From positions 32,922,001 to 32,986,000 of the forward strand of contig OX597825.1 in the NCBI GenBank assembly GCA_951406725.2: a stretch of 64,000 bases of DNA, given 5' to 3'. Shown here piece after piece: positions 28,230 through 42,021 of the stretch. Both the position numbers and the translations under genes were made by a program. Below the pieces are notes generated by a model. The model ran no database searches, was not told the origin of the DNA, and saw only the letters and a list, made by a program, of their open reading frames with translations. The DNA comes from Octopus vulgaris (taxonomy: Eukaryota). Each line of letters starts with the position of its first letter. Positions within the stretch are counted from its first letter, which is position 1.

Positions 28230-28900
28230 ACAAAGACAAATTCACATCTTAAACTTAAGAAATGTCTAGAATATTTTTAATGTTCCGCTTACAAATTGTA
28301 TTTGTAATGTGTGAATTAAATGGTTGATTTCTCTTTCTGAAAACCCCCAGCTTATCCAGGTTGTTACTTTGGCAGTTATTCCTGAAACCAAGTCTACCAA
28401 TTATTATTGGTATAGATGTGAATTTGTAATCTGGGTGTAGAAGCAGGTGGATTCGCAGCAGTTATCCTTTTTCTCTTCGATTTTCGAAGATATTCACATC
28501 AGCAGGGCAGCTAACCTCTCTGCTTTTTCTTGTCTGCCCCAAACATCAATATCTGCCTATACAACATTGGAAGGCTGTCTGCACTGATCCAAAGTCTTTT
28601 CCTTTTTCATCTCTTCTGAGGCAAAGCCTGTCAATTTCTCTGTCTCCGTGGAAGTTTCCATTTAATATCAGGATCTTGCTTGTTTTAATTCCTATGGCTG
28701 TGGATTTCTTCTACAGATCAATCAAGTATCCCAAAAATTGACTTTAGTATTGGTATTCCAAATTGTGGAATATTATCTTGTTGTAAGACTAGAGTTCCGA
28801 CTGCCTTATTTTTCTAAGTCTGGTATAATATTCTCGAGCCGCTCTATCTTTTTTCATCTTCCTATGATTTCATCAATGTCTAGGTACTCCCTTAAATGTG
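28230..28900 (-). mobile_element. Decayed RLE-type non-LTR retrotransposon 3' part
   Basis: EVSCPADVNI..LLHPDYKFTSIPIIIGRLG..NLDKLG..SGTLKIF*TFLKF. Confidence 0.75.
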
Positions 28901-29703
28901 ATTGAACGAAAATAAGGAGAAGTAAAAGAAAAGAGACAGTCTGACAGGTATAAAGGGAGGCAAATGTTGTCTGGTTCTAAATTCAAAGTGTTTCTCTGCA
29001 GATTCGTATCTGGCGTCTTTCTTTCTGTCTAAGGTTTTTTTTATTTTATTTTATTTTATTTTATTTTATTTCATTTTATGACAATATTGAACTTGAAGCA
29101 TTCTGACCATGCTCTTTGTTTCATTTTCCCGTCACAGATCTTTCCTTTACGTCAGTAGTCTCAAACTTTTATTTCGCACCCCATACCGGTTTCATGCAGT
29201 ACATATTTTCCATGAACTGCGAGATCACGCACATAACAAAATACAATGAAGTGCACAAAATGCTTAGCGGCATTTCGTCCGTTTTCACTTTTTTAGTTCA
29301 AATTCCACCGAGTCGACTTTACCTTTCACCCTTCCATGATCTATCAAATAAGTACCAGTCGCGTACTGGAGTCGATGTAATCCATTTAACCCTTCACCCG
29401 AACATGCTGGCCTTGTGCCAAAATTTGAAATCATCATCATCATCATCATCATTATTATTAGGTCGATGTTATCGACTAACATCCCCCATCACCTCAAAAC
29501 TGTCGCTCTAAATCAAAAACCATAATTAGAATTATCAATAGAATGCCGAACTAAATGATTTCCAATATTCAGTTACCACCCTTTACGTTAAAATTTTCAC
29601 AAAGGACACGTGATACACCTGCATGTGTGTGTGTATGTGTGTGTGTGTGTTTGTGAGTGTGTGTGTATGGGGTTGCGAGTATGTGTGTGCGTGCGTGTAT
29701 GTG

Positions 29704-29750
<47 letters not shown>

Positions 29751-30419
29751 ATTGCAGCTAATCGTGTTTTGCAGAATTCTGGTTACTTGCTCGAAAGGCC
29801 ATCAAAAACTAATTTGGCGTCGGTGTTGCAGTGTATTTCATACAAAGTCATTTATCTAACTATTTCTAGGGGGGAAAAAAGATGTTGCAAAGGAGTGCAT
29901 TTTCTCGCTACAAATTCAAAATCCACTAACTACTCTGTAATTGATAAGTCCTTCATTAGCTTGAAGGAAAGCAATCGAGTTATCTCGCGGGTTTAACTTT
30001 CAGAAAGATATTCCCACCAGGTTGACATGCCCTTTGTTATACTACAACATCAATATAAACCATCAACGTTGATGAGTCAGAAGACATTTCTAACTACGTT
30101 TTTGTAAAGAAAATACCTTTTGGTCTTCGCTAATATTCACTATGTGTTGCATAATGAAGGGGAAAAAACCGTTATTTCATTTACGTAATTGCTTTTTACT
30201 CTCAAATAAACAACTAAACATATTTCTTTCTATATCAAACGAGCTATCTAATTTTCTTGTCATGAAATTCTTTTGCTATTAGCAATAGTCTAATCATTTG
30301 AAGATCAAATAATGAATTCTTGCGAAGCATATTTTGCCCTCAACCAGGATATCTTTGTTGATTAATGGCGACAGCTAAAGAATAGAAAACAAAATTATTT
30401 TTACCGTTTTTATTTGTTT

Positions 30420-30567
<148 letters not shown>

Positions 30568-33428
30568 TGTGTGTGTGAGAGTGTGTATGTTTGTGTGTGT
30601 ATTTCAAGCTTCCTTCTTTTCAGTGTTACTTCTTATCATTAGATAAGTTAATTTTTATCTTCAGAACTGTCAAAATAGATACAAAATGTCCGAATAGATA
30701 AACCGTATGTTCGTTGTTTTGTGTTCAAATCCACTGCGGGCATTTAGTTGTGGCTCAGGGCAAGGACGTAAATCTGCCTGCTTCAATTCGTCTAGAAAAT
30801 GTTACCTGACGTTGAAGATAAAGTTAAGTGCATCTGTTGTTGGCATTTGAGTGCTGGAATTTAGACGATAAAGTTTCAGTAGACTTATTTTATCGGTAGG
30901 ATTCTAGTTCTTGCAGATGAATAGTTAATACTTTAGAAAACAATTATTGGTTTTAGCATTTAGAAAAAGAACTGGAAGTTGTAGAATGTGTATTCGCCTC
31001 TTAAACAAGGTTTGGAACATGGTGGCTGTATTGTTTTCATGCAAATAACTGAAATATTATGTGGAGATGAAAGAAAATCATTTTACCATTACAGAAATAT
31101 TTAAACGCTATAACAAAAGATTATCAATAGACGTTATTAACAGGAGAAATACTAATAATTTTCAAATGCATCGAAATGAAAAATTATTAATAAAATGATT
31201 TTGTTCTCTGATAACTTGTTTGTCAAAAGTAGAACGTGGCTTTGTCTCATTCAAAGAAATGTGTCGAGATTTGTTTCAGAACGTATTTTAGTTTTCACTT
31301 CTCTAATGTAGCGCCACGACTATAGTTTTACCATGCAATTTTAGCACAAACAATAAAAGACTTAACAAAAGTACTGCGATAAACTGCTATCACAATAGAA
31401 CCACCATCATCGCAATACACGCCATCACAACATCACAATCATCGTTGCATAGTACTGCCCAAAATGGTGCAGTAATATTACAAAAGGTTCTGTCTGTTTC
31501 AAGTAGAGTAGAACTACTAAGCTACAGAGGAAACTTGTTATTCTAGCAAATTGCATGGACCAGACTTGCTTCAGAGCTTTTTCCTTGCATCAGACTAATC
31601 AACCATAAATTATTATATCACATCCAGTTGTTCCTTTCCGTACTCCCAAATGACATCTTGTTTCATGTTCGTGGACAACAAAGGGGAGACAGCAACAACA
31701 AACTCCGCATTTAGTTTTTTAAATATACAAATTTGTTCTGACTTAATACTTAATTTAATAATTGCTTGCATCTGGAAAATTTAAAGTTGATTAACCATTA
31801 TCTGCTCTAATGACGTCAGAAATGCGCCGTGAAAGATTCGGTTGTGTTTTAGATCATTGCCAAACAAATATTATTCACTAGTGTACCGTTGTCCACTGAT
31901 AAAACGAGAAGCAATATTTAACCGTCATGTGACAGTGATTTAATGTTGGTATAGACATTTTGCCACTGTAAAGTCAATTAATGTTATATCGGCTCAATAA
32001 TTATAATTTTACTTTTTTCCAATTTCATGGTGCTTTTATACAAAATAATGAAGTGAATAGCAATTTTCGATATAAAATATTTATGAAATTAAAATAACAT
32101 TAAAAAAAAAAGAGAAGCACATTTCTCATTTGTATATTTGCAATAAATATATGTTATCAATAACCATAATACTGTTTGGCTATCAATTAATTACAGATGT
32201 AACATCAATTCCATAAAAGGCAGCATGACATTTTTAGCGTGACCAACCGACAGTGAATATCATTATTATTGATGATTTACAGATATGCTGCCGTAGGAAA
32301 CGAGACATTATATACATAGTCACAAGTGAAATGAAACAAAGTTGTCAACAAACGATTAAGAGAATCTTCTGTGTTTTGAAGTCAACTGGTCAGTTTTAAT
32401 ATCAGGCTGTAGTTTTTTCACTTAAATGACTTCACTAACCACATAAATGAAGGTTATGTACAATCTTTTAAAGTTTCCCTTATTATTTAGTCCCCCACAC
32501 AAATAAGTGATATTAGGATTATATCAGAAATTATTTCATATAGTTGTTAAACTAGGATCGAGCCAACACCCGAAGCCTATTTGGGGGTCCTCTGAGAAAT
32601 CAAATAATATAATTGACTGTCTTTAATGTGTTAGTGTTTTATAATTCAATAAAAGACAGAGAATAACAGAAGAGATGAGAGAAGAAAGAAAAAAAGAAAA
32701 GAAAAGGAGTAAAAGAGTAAAAAGGAAGGAAATAAAGAAACTAAAGGAGGAAGACGTCAGTGAAGTGAAGGAGACGAAAGAGGTGGGAAAGATAGACGAT
32801 GACGACGACAATGACGAAGCTTGAAGTGAAAAGGGCGACGGTGACAAAGACGAAAGCGCTAAAGTAAAAGGTGATGAAGAATAAAAATATCAACAACAAC
32901 AACAACAACAAGTCAAATTGAAACCATCGCCATCGTTATCACTAAATCTTTAAACACGGAAAGAAGTTTAACGTTATTTTTGTGACAGACGGATTAATGT
33001 TCCCCTTAATCCTCGCAGCTTAATAATCCCAGAATCAGCTTATTTTACCCTTTCTAAACGTTTCAATACACAAGAAATATTCAGTAATCGATTAAGAGAA
33101 GAATTAAAGATAGGATTTTGTCTTCCTCGGAAGATTGTTTGGGTAGGGGTAGAGAGAGCCTTCATCTTATTTAATCTCTGATTGCATTAAAAGAATATAA
33201 ATGGGATAGAAACGATGGGGGGTGGGGTGAAAAAAGAAAGAAAGAAAGAACGAAAGAAAGAAAGAATTTTTTTTTTCAGAAAAAATATTGAAATCAAAAC
33301 AATTTTTTCCCTACAATTTTTTTAATACGTTTTATTTTTCTTTCTGGCTTAAAAATGTCATTATATTTCTTTCTTTCTTTCTTTCTTTCTTTCACACACA
33401 CACACACACATATGTATATATATGTGTG

Positions 33429-33477
<49 letters not shown>

Positions 33478-33561
33478 TAATATATACATGCATTTGCTGA
33501 TACATATATATACCCACACATATATATATATATATACACACATATAATGTATGCATACATT

Positions 33562-33603
<42 letters not shown>

Positions 33604-33657
33604 TATATATACATATATACATACATACATATATATATACATGTATTTATACGTATG

Positions 33658-33715
<58 letters not shown>

Positions 33716-34180
33716 CTTTTTTATATACTTTTTTTAATTTGTGCTATTTCGTATAAACAGAAGGTAAATTAGAAGGAACCATGGTGAGTTTCGTTTCTAT
33801 AAAAGAACAACTGTGAAAAAGGGATTAGTAAAGAGTTACAGGTGAGAGACCGCAACAATGACTGGGGAATGAGGGTGAGGTGCATGAGGTCGACTTAGCG
33901 CATGATACATACATACATGCATGCATGCATACATACATACATACATACATACATACATACATACATACATACATACATACATGCATGCATATATGTCCAA
34001 CCACGTGATCCAAGAAAGTTTTCTTTTTAGTGCATGTGGAATCACTAAAATGTTGATTTCACTTCTAATAAAACTGTGACCCACCTTGACCCACCGTGAC
34101 CCAGTTTCCCAATCGACTCAGCATCCGCCCAACCCCCGGCTACAAATCTCGCCTATCGGCACACTTTGAAATGACCACAT

Positions 34181-34211
<31 letters not shown>

Positions 34212-34214
34212 CAC

Positions 34215-34247
<33 letters not shown>

Positions 34248-35216
34248 CGCACACACACACACACAGAGTAGCTCTTATTTGCTTCCGTCAATGGACTGCG
34301 GCCATGCCGAGTGATCCTTTTGGAGGGTTTTCTCCATCGTTTGGACCAAGTACTTATTTTTTAAGTAGACAACACACATATGCGGCCATGCTGGGGCACT
34401 ACCTTGAAGAATTTTAGCCGAACGAATCGAGCCCAGAACATATTGTTTTAAAATCTGGTACTTATTCTATCGGTATCGTTTGCCGGACCGCTAAATTACG
34501 GGAACATAAACATACCAACACAGGTTGTCAAACGGTGGTGGAGGTAACGCATACACACACACACATACACCCTTAAGAATATAACGGGCTTCTTTCAGTT
34601 TCCGCTTACCAAATCCAGTTACAAGGCTTTGTTCTGTTCGGGGCTATAATAGAAGGCACCTAACCAAGGTACCACGTAGTGAGATGAACTCGAAACCGTG
34701 TGGTTAGGAACCAAAATTCTTATTACAAAGCCTCGTCTGGACTATAATAAAAGATATTTACCCAAGATGGCCAGCAGCAGACTGAACCCGAAACCATGTG
34801 GTTGGGCAATGGAGTTGTACACCAAACAGCCGCGCCTACGCTTAAGCGCATAAACATGTTACCTAAAAGACTTCTCTCAGAATATTTGCTATAACTGCAC
34901 GCTTCATCTCAACAGGTGTAGAACGCGTGCGCGCGCGCGCGTGTATGTGGGCGTATGTGCGTGTGTGTGCGTGCGTGCTTGCGCGTATGCATGTTTAGGC
35001 GTATAAAGAAGTAAAAGGTGTAAGTAGGACCGTGTTCATGTGTAGGGCATTTTTGCATCTGTTCATAATTCAAATTCTATATTTATTTTTGTACGGAGGA
35101 AAACTCGGAGTTGAATAAGTGTAGCTAGGCATGAGCGTTTGTGTGCGAGAGAGTGTATATGTGAACACGTGTATATGTGCGCACGTGTGTGTGTGTGTGT
35201 GTATGCGTATGTGTAT

Positions 35217-35269
<53 letters not shown>

Positions 35270-36333
35270 GTATATATATGTGTGTGTGTGTGTGTGCATA
35301 TGTATGTATGTGTGTATGTATGTATGCATGTATGTATGTATGAATGTATATGTGTGTATCTGCATGTGTGTATATGCCTGTGTGTGTATGTGTGTATTAT
35401 TAATGGTCGTTGATTTATGACTTCGGTACAATGACATGGTTATTGTGAAAGTGGAGTAAAATGAAAAGGAGAGTATAGAGGAGGTATGCAAATAAAGAAG
35501 AACAAAGCCGTGCACGTTAACAAGTATACTTACTTTCTATCATCAGCCCTTTCTTCCACTCCGTCGCTACCGCTCTTTTGTTTTTACCTTTCTCTCTCTC
35601 TCCGTCTATCTCGATCTCTTTACCGCTTTCTGCTTCTTTTAAATAGAAATATCCATCATTTGCTCTTAGATTGACAATCCTTAAACCAGTAGAATATCAA
35701 AGAGACGAACATCGATTGATAAATTGCCTCTAGCCATCAAATATTGAACTAGATTCTCCTGTTGCTATTTGCAATATGCTATTGCTATCAATTGCTGTTA
35801 TCTACAATATGCCACAGATATCGAAACCAGATATCTACATACATACATATGTACATATGTACATATGTACATACGTACGTACATACATACTTACATGGAT
35901 ACAAACATACCCACATACACATACACATATATACACACACATACATACACATACATACATACATACATACATACATACATACATACATACATACATACAT
36001 ACATACATACATACAAACCCACACACACATACACACATATGCATTCATACATACATATACACACATACAGACACATGTAGTGCTGACATCTTTGATGATA
36101 TTGTATCGCCTCTGCATATCTTTCAATCACCATCAAATGATAAAGCTTTCTTCTACTTCATATTGACATCTCTTAGCATGGATTTAAATCAATGCTTCTT
36201 TTATGTCTTGCTCACCATCTCTCTCTTTCTCTCTCTCTCTCTCATTATATATACATATATGTGTGTGTGTGTGAATGTATATAATATATGTATATGTGTG
36301 TATATACATATACTTTTACATATACATATATAC

Positions 36334-36374
<41 letters not shown>

Positions 36375-36652
36375 TGTCTTTTCCACTCTCAGTTTTATCT
36401 TTTTCTCTTCCCCCTCCTCCTCTTTTTGCTCATCTTTTCTTTACTTCGTCTTCTTCCTTTTCATTTTTCTTCTTTTCATTCATTCTTCTTTTAGTCTTTC
36501 TTTCTCTTCGCTTTCTTTATTCGCCGATTCCATCTCTCCCTCTTTTTCTCTCTCTCTTCCTTCTCTCTCTATTTTTCTTTTACCATTTTACCGGCTTTTT
36601 ATTCTTTTTCCTTTTTTCACATTCAGAAAGCTACAACCACAAACATACTTAC

Positions 36653-36683
<31 letters not shown>

Positions 36684-36896
36684 CATACATACATACATAA
36701 ATACACAGTCAGGGTATCATTCTTGTGTTTAGTCTTCTACCCTCTCTCCTCAATCTTCCATCTTTTAACCATGTTACATAAATTTCTTTAAATATATTTA
36801 AACAGTAATCTCTCAATTTACATTTTTATTACGAAATTTCCTAATAAATTAAATGATGTTTTCCTATTAAATATTGTCGTTTTAGTTACCCTTCTT

Positions 36897-36971
<75 letters not shown>

Positions 36972-37304
36972 GCTGCTGCTGCTGCTGCTGTTATTGGGCT
37001 CCAGGACTGCTCAAAATGACAAGACCCCTATCACCAAAGATGTTCCGATTCTGGCCTGCGCCCACCTTACATATTTTAAATTGCATTATCCAGCCGTAAC
37101 AGTCCATCTTATCTAAAAATACAATATCAATCCAATGTTTCCTGCCTTTTATATTCAAGATTCTAAAGTGTGATTTCAAATGGAATTTAGCTGCAATATC
37201 TAGCAGATCAGATGACCAGGCAACAGTTCCATCGTTAGCTTCAAATAGACTGGAATGAAACAATAAGCCTTAATACTTTTTAAATAATATGTATAGGAGT
37301 GGCT

Positions 37305-37690
37305 ATAGGCGCAGGAGTGGCTGTGTGGTAAGTAGCTTGCTTACCAACCACATGGTTCCGGGTTCAGTCCCACTGCGTGGCAATTTGAGCAAGTGTCTTC
37401 TACTATAGCCTCGGGCCGACCAAAGCCTTGTGAGTGGATTTGGTAGGCAGAAACTGAAAGAAGCCCGTCGTGTATATATGTGTAGGTGTGTGTTTGTGTT
37501 TGTCCCCCCACCATCGCTTGACAACCGATGCTGGTGTGTTTACATCCCCGTAAATAAGCGGTTCGACCAAAGAGACTGATAGAATAAGTACTAGGCTTAC
37601 AAAGAATAAGTCCTTGGGTCGATTTGCTCGACTAAAGGTAGTGCTGCCGCATGGACGCAGTGAATTGACTGAAACAAATAAAAGAATAAC
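37305..37690 (+). mobile_element. tRNA-derived SINE family 1 (octopus OR/OK-like, with internal TG/TA tract), full length
   Basis: A box TGGCTGTGTGG, B box GGTTCAGTCCC, CORE-like TTGAGCAAGTGTCTT, tail TGACTGAAACAA(G/A)TAAAAGA. Confidence 0.85.
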
Positions 37691-38319
37691 AGAATAAACT
37701 CTGGAGTGTTGAACTATATCATCCAATGTGTCCTATTTTCAAGATGGCTGCGTGTAATTTGAAAGAAATTTTGCTGCTATTTCTACTAGGTCGAACGACA
37801 ACGCAGATGCTACCTTTTTCGGCTCATATTGCAGCACATGGTGGATTCTTCGTCGGCCTTTGATGACTATTCCGTTTTTCGACCAGCTTAACTCCTACTC
37901 TTGAAGTCAACAATTAAATAGTTGTGCATTGGACAAACCCACGTGTATCTGTATCTTTAACGTAACTGTCAGGCAGAAATAGCGTAACACGGTGACTAGG
38001 CTGGATCATTGATTCATAGATACACTCGAGAAAGACTGAAAGAAGAATCAGTGCCTGTACTGGGGTGTTACTTTATTTATTGACCTCGAAGGGATGAATG
38101 AAAGACAAGGTTGACATCCGGTAGGATATGAACTCAGGTCTCAGAGAGACAAGGTGATAACTGCAATGCTTGTAATGTGACGCTGTAGCAACTCTGCCAA
38201 TTCGTCGCGCTGCAGGTTGGCTCAGACCGTGCAGACTTATACAAAAGCAGATCAGGGCCATCGTGTTCTTTATGTGATACGAGGACAGTTGACCGAACAC
38301 AGTCGATCGAAACAAGGTT

Positions 38320-38695
38320 TGTCGAAGAAGCAGTCGCTCGATTCAATCTTAGCGAATATTAGAATTTTTTTTAAAGGATTATGTCGTCACGTTTTATTAA
38401 AATATTTTCTTATGAAAAATGTAAAAACAATTAATGGAAAAAAACGATTGCACGAATCAATACTTAATTGAATTAGAGAAAATAGGAACATTTTTTTCTA
38501 GATTATTGAGTCACGCTTTATTAAGATATTTTTTATGAAAAATGTAAAATCAATTAATCGAAGAAACAGTTGAACGAATCAACAATTAATCGAATTATAG
38601 CAAATATGAACATAATTCTTTATAAAAAAACATTGAAGATGTCACGTTCTATTAAAATAATTCTTTAAATAAAAATATAAAAATAAATTATAGAA
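38320..38695. repeat. Three diverged tandem copies of a ~125-bp AT-rich unit
   Basis: GTCACG.T.TATTAA.ATA recurs at ~38386, 38510 and 38641. Confidence 0.8.
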
Positions 38696-39253
38696 GTAGT
38701 AAAAAAAGAATACTGGGATTGAGCAAAGTATCTTAAAAAGTTCACTGAATCGTTTCAAAAATGCATTAAATCATTCATTATTCTATTTTCTTCTATTCTT
38801 TTACTGGCGTCTGTCATTGGACTGTGGCCATGCTATGGAATCACTTTGGAGAGTTTTTAAGACTGCTGCTTGTCACATTGTTTTCTTTTGCCGAGTCGCT
38901 AGTTCACGGGGACGTAAGCAAACTCAAATCAATACCGGTTGACAAACAGTGGGACTACTAAGACAAAACACACACATACAGACAGCACACGTATACATAC
39001 AACACACATGCACACACATATATATGTGATGTGTGTGAATATATATATACATACATACATACATGCATACATATATACATACATACATTCATACATACAT
39101 ACATACATTCATACATACATACATACATTCATACATACATACATATACATACATACATACATACATACATACATACATACATACATACATACATACATAC
39201 ATACATACATACATACATACATACATACATACATACATACATACATACATACA

Positions 39254-39287
<34 letters not shown>

Positions 39288-39339
39288 CATAAATACTTAT
39301 AAACATACATACAATCAAAAATACCCTGTTGTTGATGTT

Positions 39340-39388
39340 GAAATTCTAATGAAAGAGTCTTGGATCTAGGTTGGAAACCGGTTTTTTC
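39340..39388 (+). ncRNA. Degenerate hammerhead fold, G5A core
   Basis: CTAATGA..AGTCT-tggatct-AGGTT-g-GAAA-CCGG-TT; palindromic stem III AACCGGTT; lies in a ~110-bp insert between microsatellites. Confidence 0.5.
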
Positions 39389-39952
39389 TCTATTGGCAAG
39401 AAATCTTGAAATAAACTGAATAATGACATACATATATTCATACGTATATATATATATATATATACATATGGGGGTATGTATGTATGCATGCACGTATGTT
39501 TGTGTGTATGTATGTACGTACTACCTACGTATGTATGTATGTGTGTGTGAGGAATATGTATGTATGTATTTAGGGCCCCGGTTCGTGTGTTCCAGGCTTT
39601 TGAACGCTGTGGAACCACGTCTTAGCTATAATATGTTCCCAGGTCTATTCTGACCCGGAGTTATAGCACCTGTCAGGTCTCAGCTGGTGGTAGCGAAGAA
39701 CCTCTAGTTCTCGATAGAACTTCTTTCTGGGAGAAGATGAATATCTATTATGTTCTCGTTTTTTACTTTTCTCACGTTTTTTTTTACATCCTGTATCCAT
39801 ATATGCATGTATATATGCATATACATGTAGGTATGTACATATATATGCATATATTTGTATATTATTTATATTATTATATGATGCTCCGGCAGTGGTGTGG
39901 TGGCGAACCCAGCTATACTCTTTCACTACAACTTACTCTCACTCATTCTTCC

Positions 39953-40013
<61 letters not shown>

Positions 40014-40420
40014 ATATCTCTCTCTATATATATATATATATATAAATCATATATATATTTATATATGTATATCTATACATGTATATACACATATATATTA
40101 TATATATATGTATACATATATATAAATATATGCATATATATTTATACATATATACACATGTGTGTGTATGTATGTGTGTGTGTGTGTGCGTGCGTGTAGG
40201 GTGTTTGACAATTTTCTTCGGAGGTGATCGATCACCAAAGAGCGTTAATGGCATTAGAGATTATTGTGGCTGTTATGGTTCTATTTGTAAAGAATTAAAT
40301 AGCTTCAAACGTAAAGTTCATCGGTTCCCCATTCTCAGCAATCCCGTTCCTTTATCAACTTTCAAAGAGTAAATAGAAAATTAGAAAAGAGTTTATAAAA
40401 TTTGTTAACAACGCTGAACA

Positions 40421-40820
40421 CTCACTTCCAGCATGGCGTTACGGATTCAACTCCATCTTGACGTTACTGAATCAACTCTAGCGTAGGGTTATTTATTCAT
40501 CTCCAATATGGCGCTATATATTCAACTCCAGTGTGTCGTTTTATAATCAACTCCACTATGGTGTTACATATTTAAGTCCAATGTAACGTTTTTCATCCGA
40601 TTCCTATCTGTCATCACACATCCAAACTCCAGTATAATTTGCGCATCCGACCCTAAGATGGCGTTATACGTTCAACTCAATTATGTTTGTCATTCCAGCA
40701 TGTCCTTCTTAAATGTTAACTTCAATATGATGTTGTTTATTCAATGATATTGTACTTCTGATTCCTCTATGTCGTTATACTTTCAACTCCAATATGGCGT
40801 TATAGATTTAAAATCAATAT
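40421..40820. repeat. Degenerate 25-bp minisatellite, ~15 units
   Basis: Consensus ~TTCAACTCCAATATGGCGTTATATA; units start at 40421, 40446, 40471, 40496, 40521, 40546 and onward. Confidence 0.85.
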
Positions 40821-41333
40821 ATACTTGTAACGAAGGGAGACCGGTTTGATATAGTAGCTAAATCTTCCTCAAATTACATCTTCTCATCTTAAAACAGAAG
40901 GACACATTAGACAATGTAGACTAGATGTACAAAAAGACAGAATAGCCGTAGCTAATGATCCTAGGGTTAAGCAATAATTTTACCAACACATTCGAACCAA
41001 CGACGTCAGACAACTTTCTATCCAAAATATAATATCACCACTATTTTCATTCCTTAAGTAAGAATTTATCTTTACAAAAATAGTTAAAGAAAAGCTAAAT
41101 TTCTCATGGTTGTCAATCAATTGATTTCTTGTAAAAGATCTCGCTTTGTTATTTTAATTTTTGTCACTCAAGTGTTTTTCCGTCGGAAACAAATTACATA
41201 TATTATGACAGCTAATGTTTAAAATCATACTTTTCGCTACTGAATGATTTTCGTTAAAACGGGAGATTTTCTTTCTTAATTGGCAGCATTTGTGTCAAGA
41301 ATGGCAGATCATATACATACATACATACATACA

Positions 41334-41364
<31 letters not shown>

Positions 41365-41678
41365 TCTTTTTTACTCTTTTACTCTTTTGCCTATTTCAGT
41401 CATTTGACTGCGGCCAGGCTGGAGCACCGCCTTTTTGTCAAACAAATCGACCCCAGGACTTATTCTTTGCAAGCCTTATTCTTTGCAAGCCTAGTACTTG
41501 TTCTATCGGTCTCTTTTACCGAACCGCTAAGTTACGGGAGCATAAACACACCAACATCGGTTGTCGAAGCGATGGTGGGAGGACAAACACAAGCACACAA
41601 AAACATACATATATATACATATGTATATGCATACAGATATATATGTATGTATATGTATGTAGATAGATAGATAGATAA

Positions 41679-41763
<85 letters not shown>

Positions 41764-41880
41764 AACCATATATATCATATATATACGTATCGAGACTTTT
41801 TCAATTCCTGAGAGTTATACTAATACATCTGTTTGTTTTCTACACCACCTGTTTTTTGGGGTTTTTTTCGTGAATTCTCC

Positions 41881-41916
<36 letters not shown>

Positions 41917-41997
41917 TGAATAATTATGTTAAATTATAAACAAACATAATGTAATTCTTTCCTCAATACTTGTTTCTATGTATTTGTTTATTAAACA

Positions 41998-42021
41998 AAC
42001 TTTCTTTTTCTTTATTTTCAG
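41998..42021 (+). promoter_or_regulatory. 3' splice acceptor directly before the GPCR ATG
   Basis: Polypyrimidine tract tttctttttctttattttcag abuts ATG 42022, implying an upstream exon. Confidence 0.75.

Noticed and set aside
40421-40820. CRISPR-like array
   Set aside because: Contiguous degenerate tandem units, no spacers, no cas genes, eukaryotic context.
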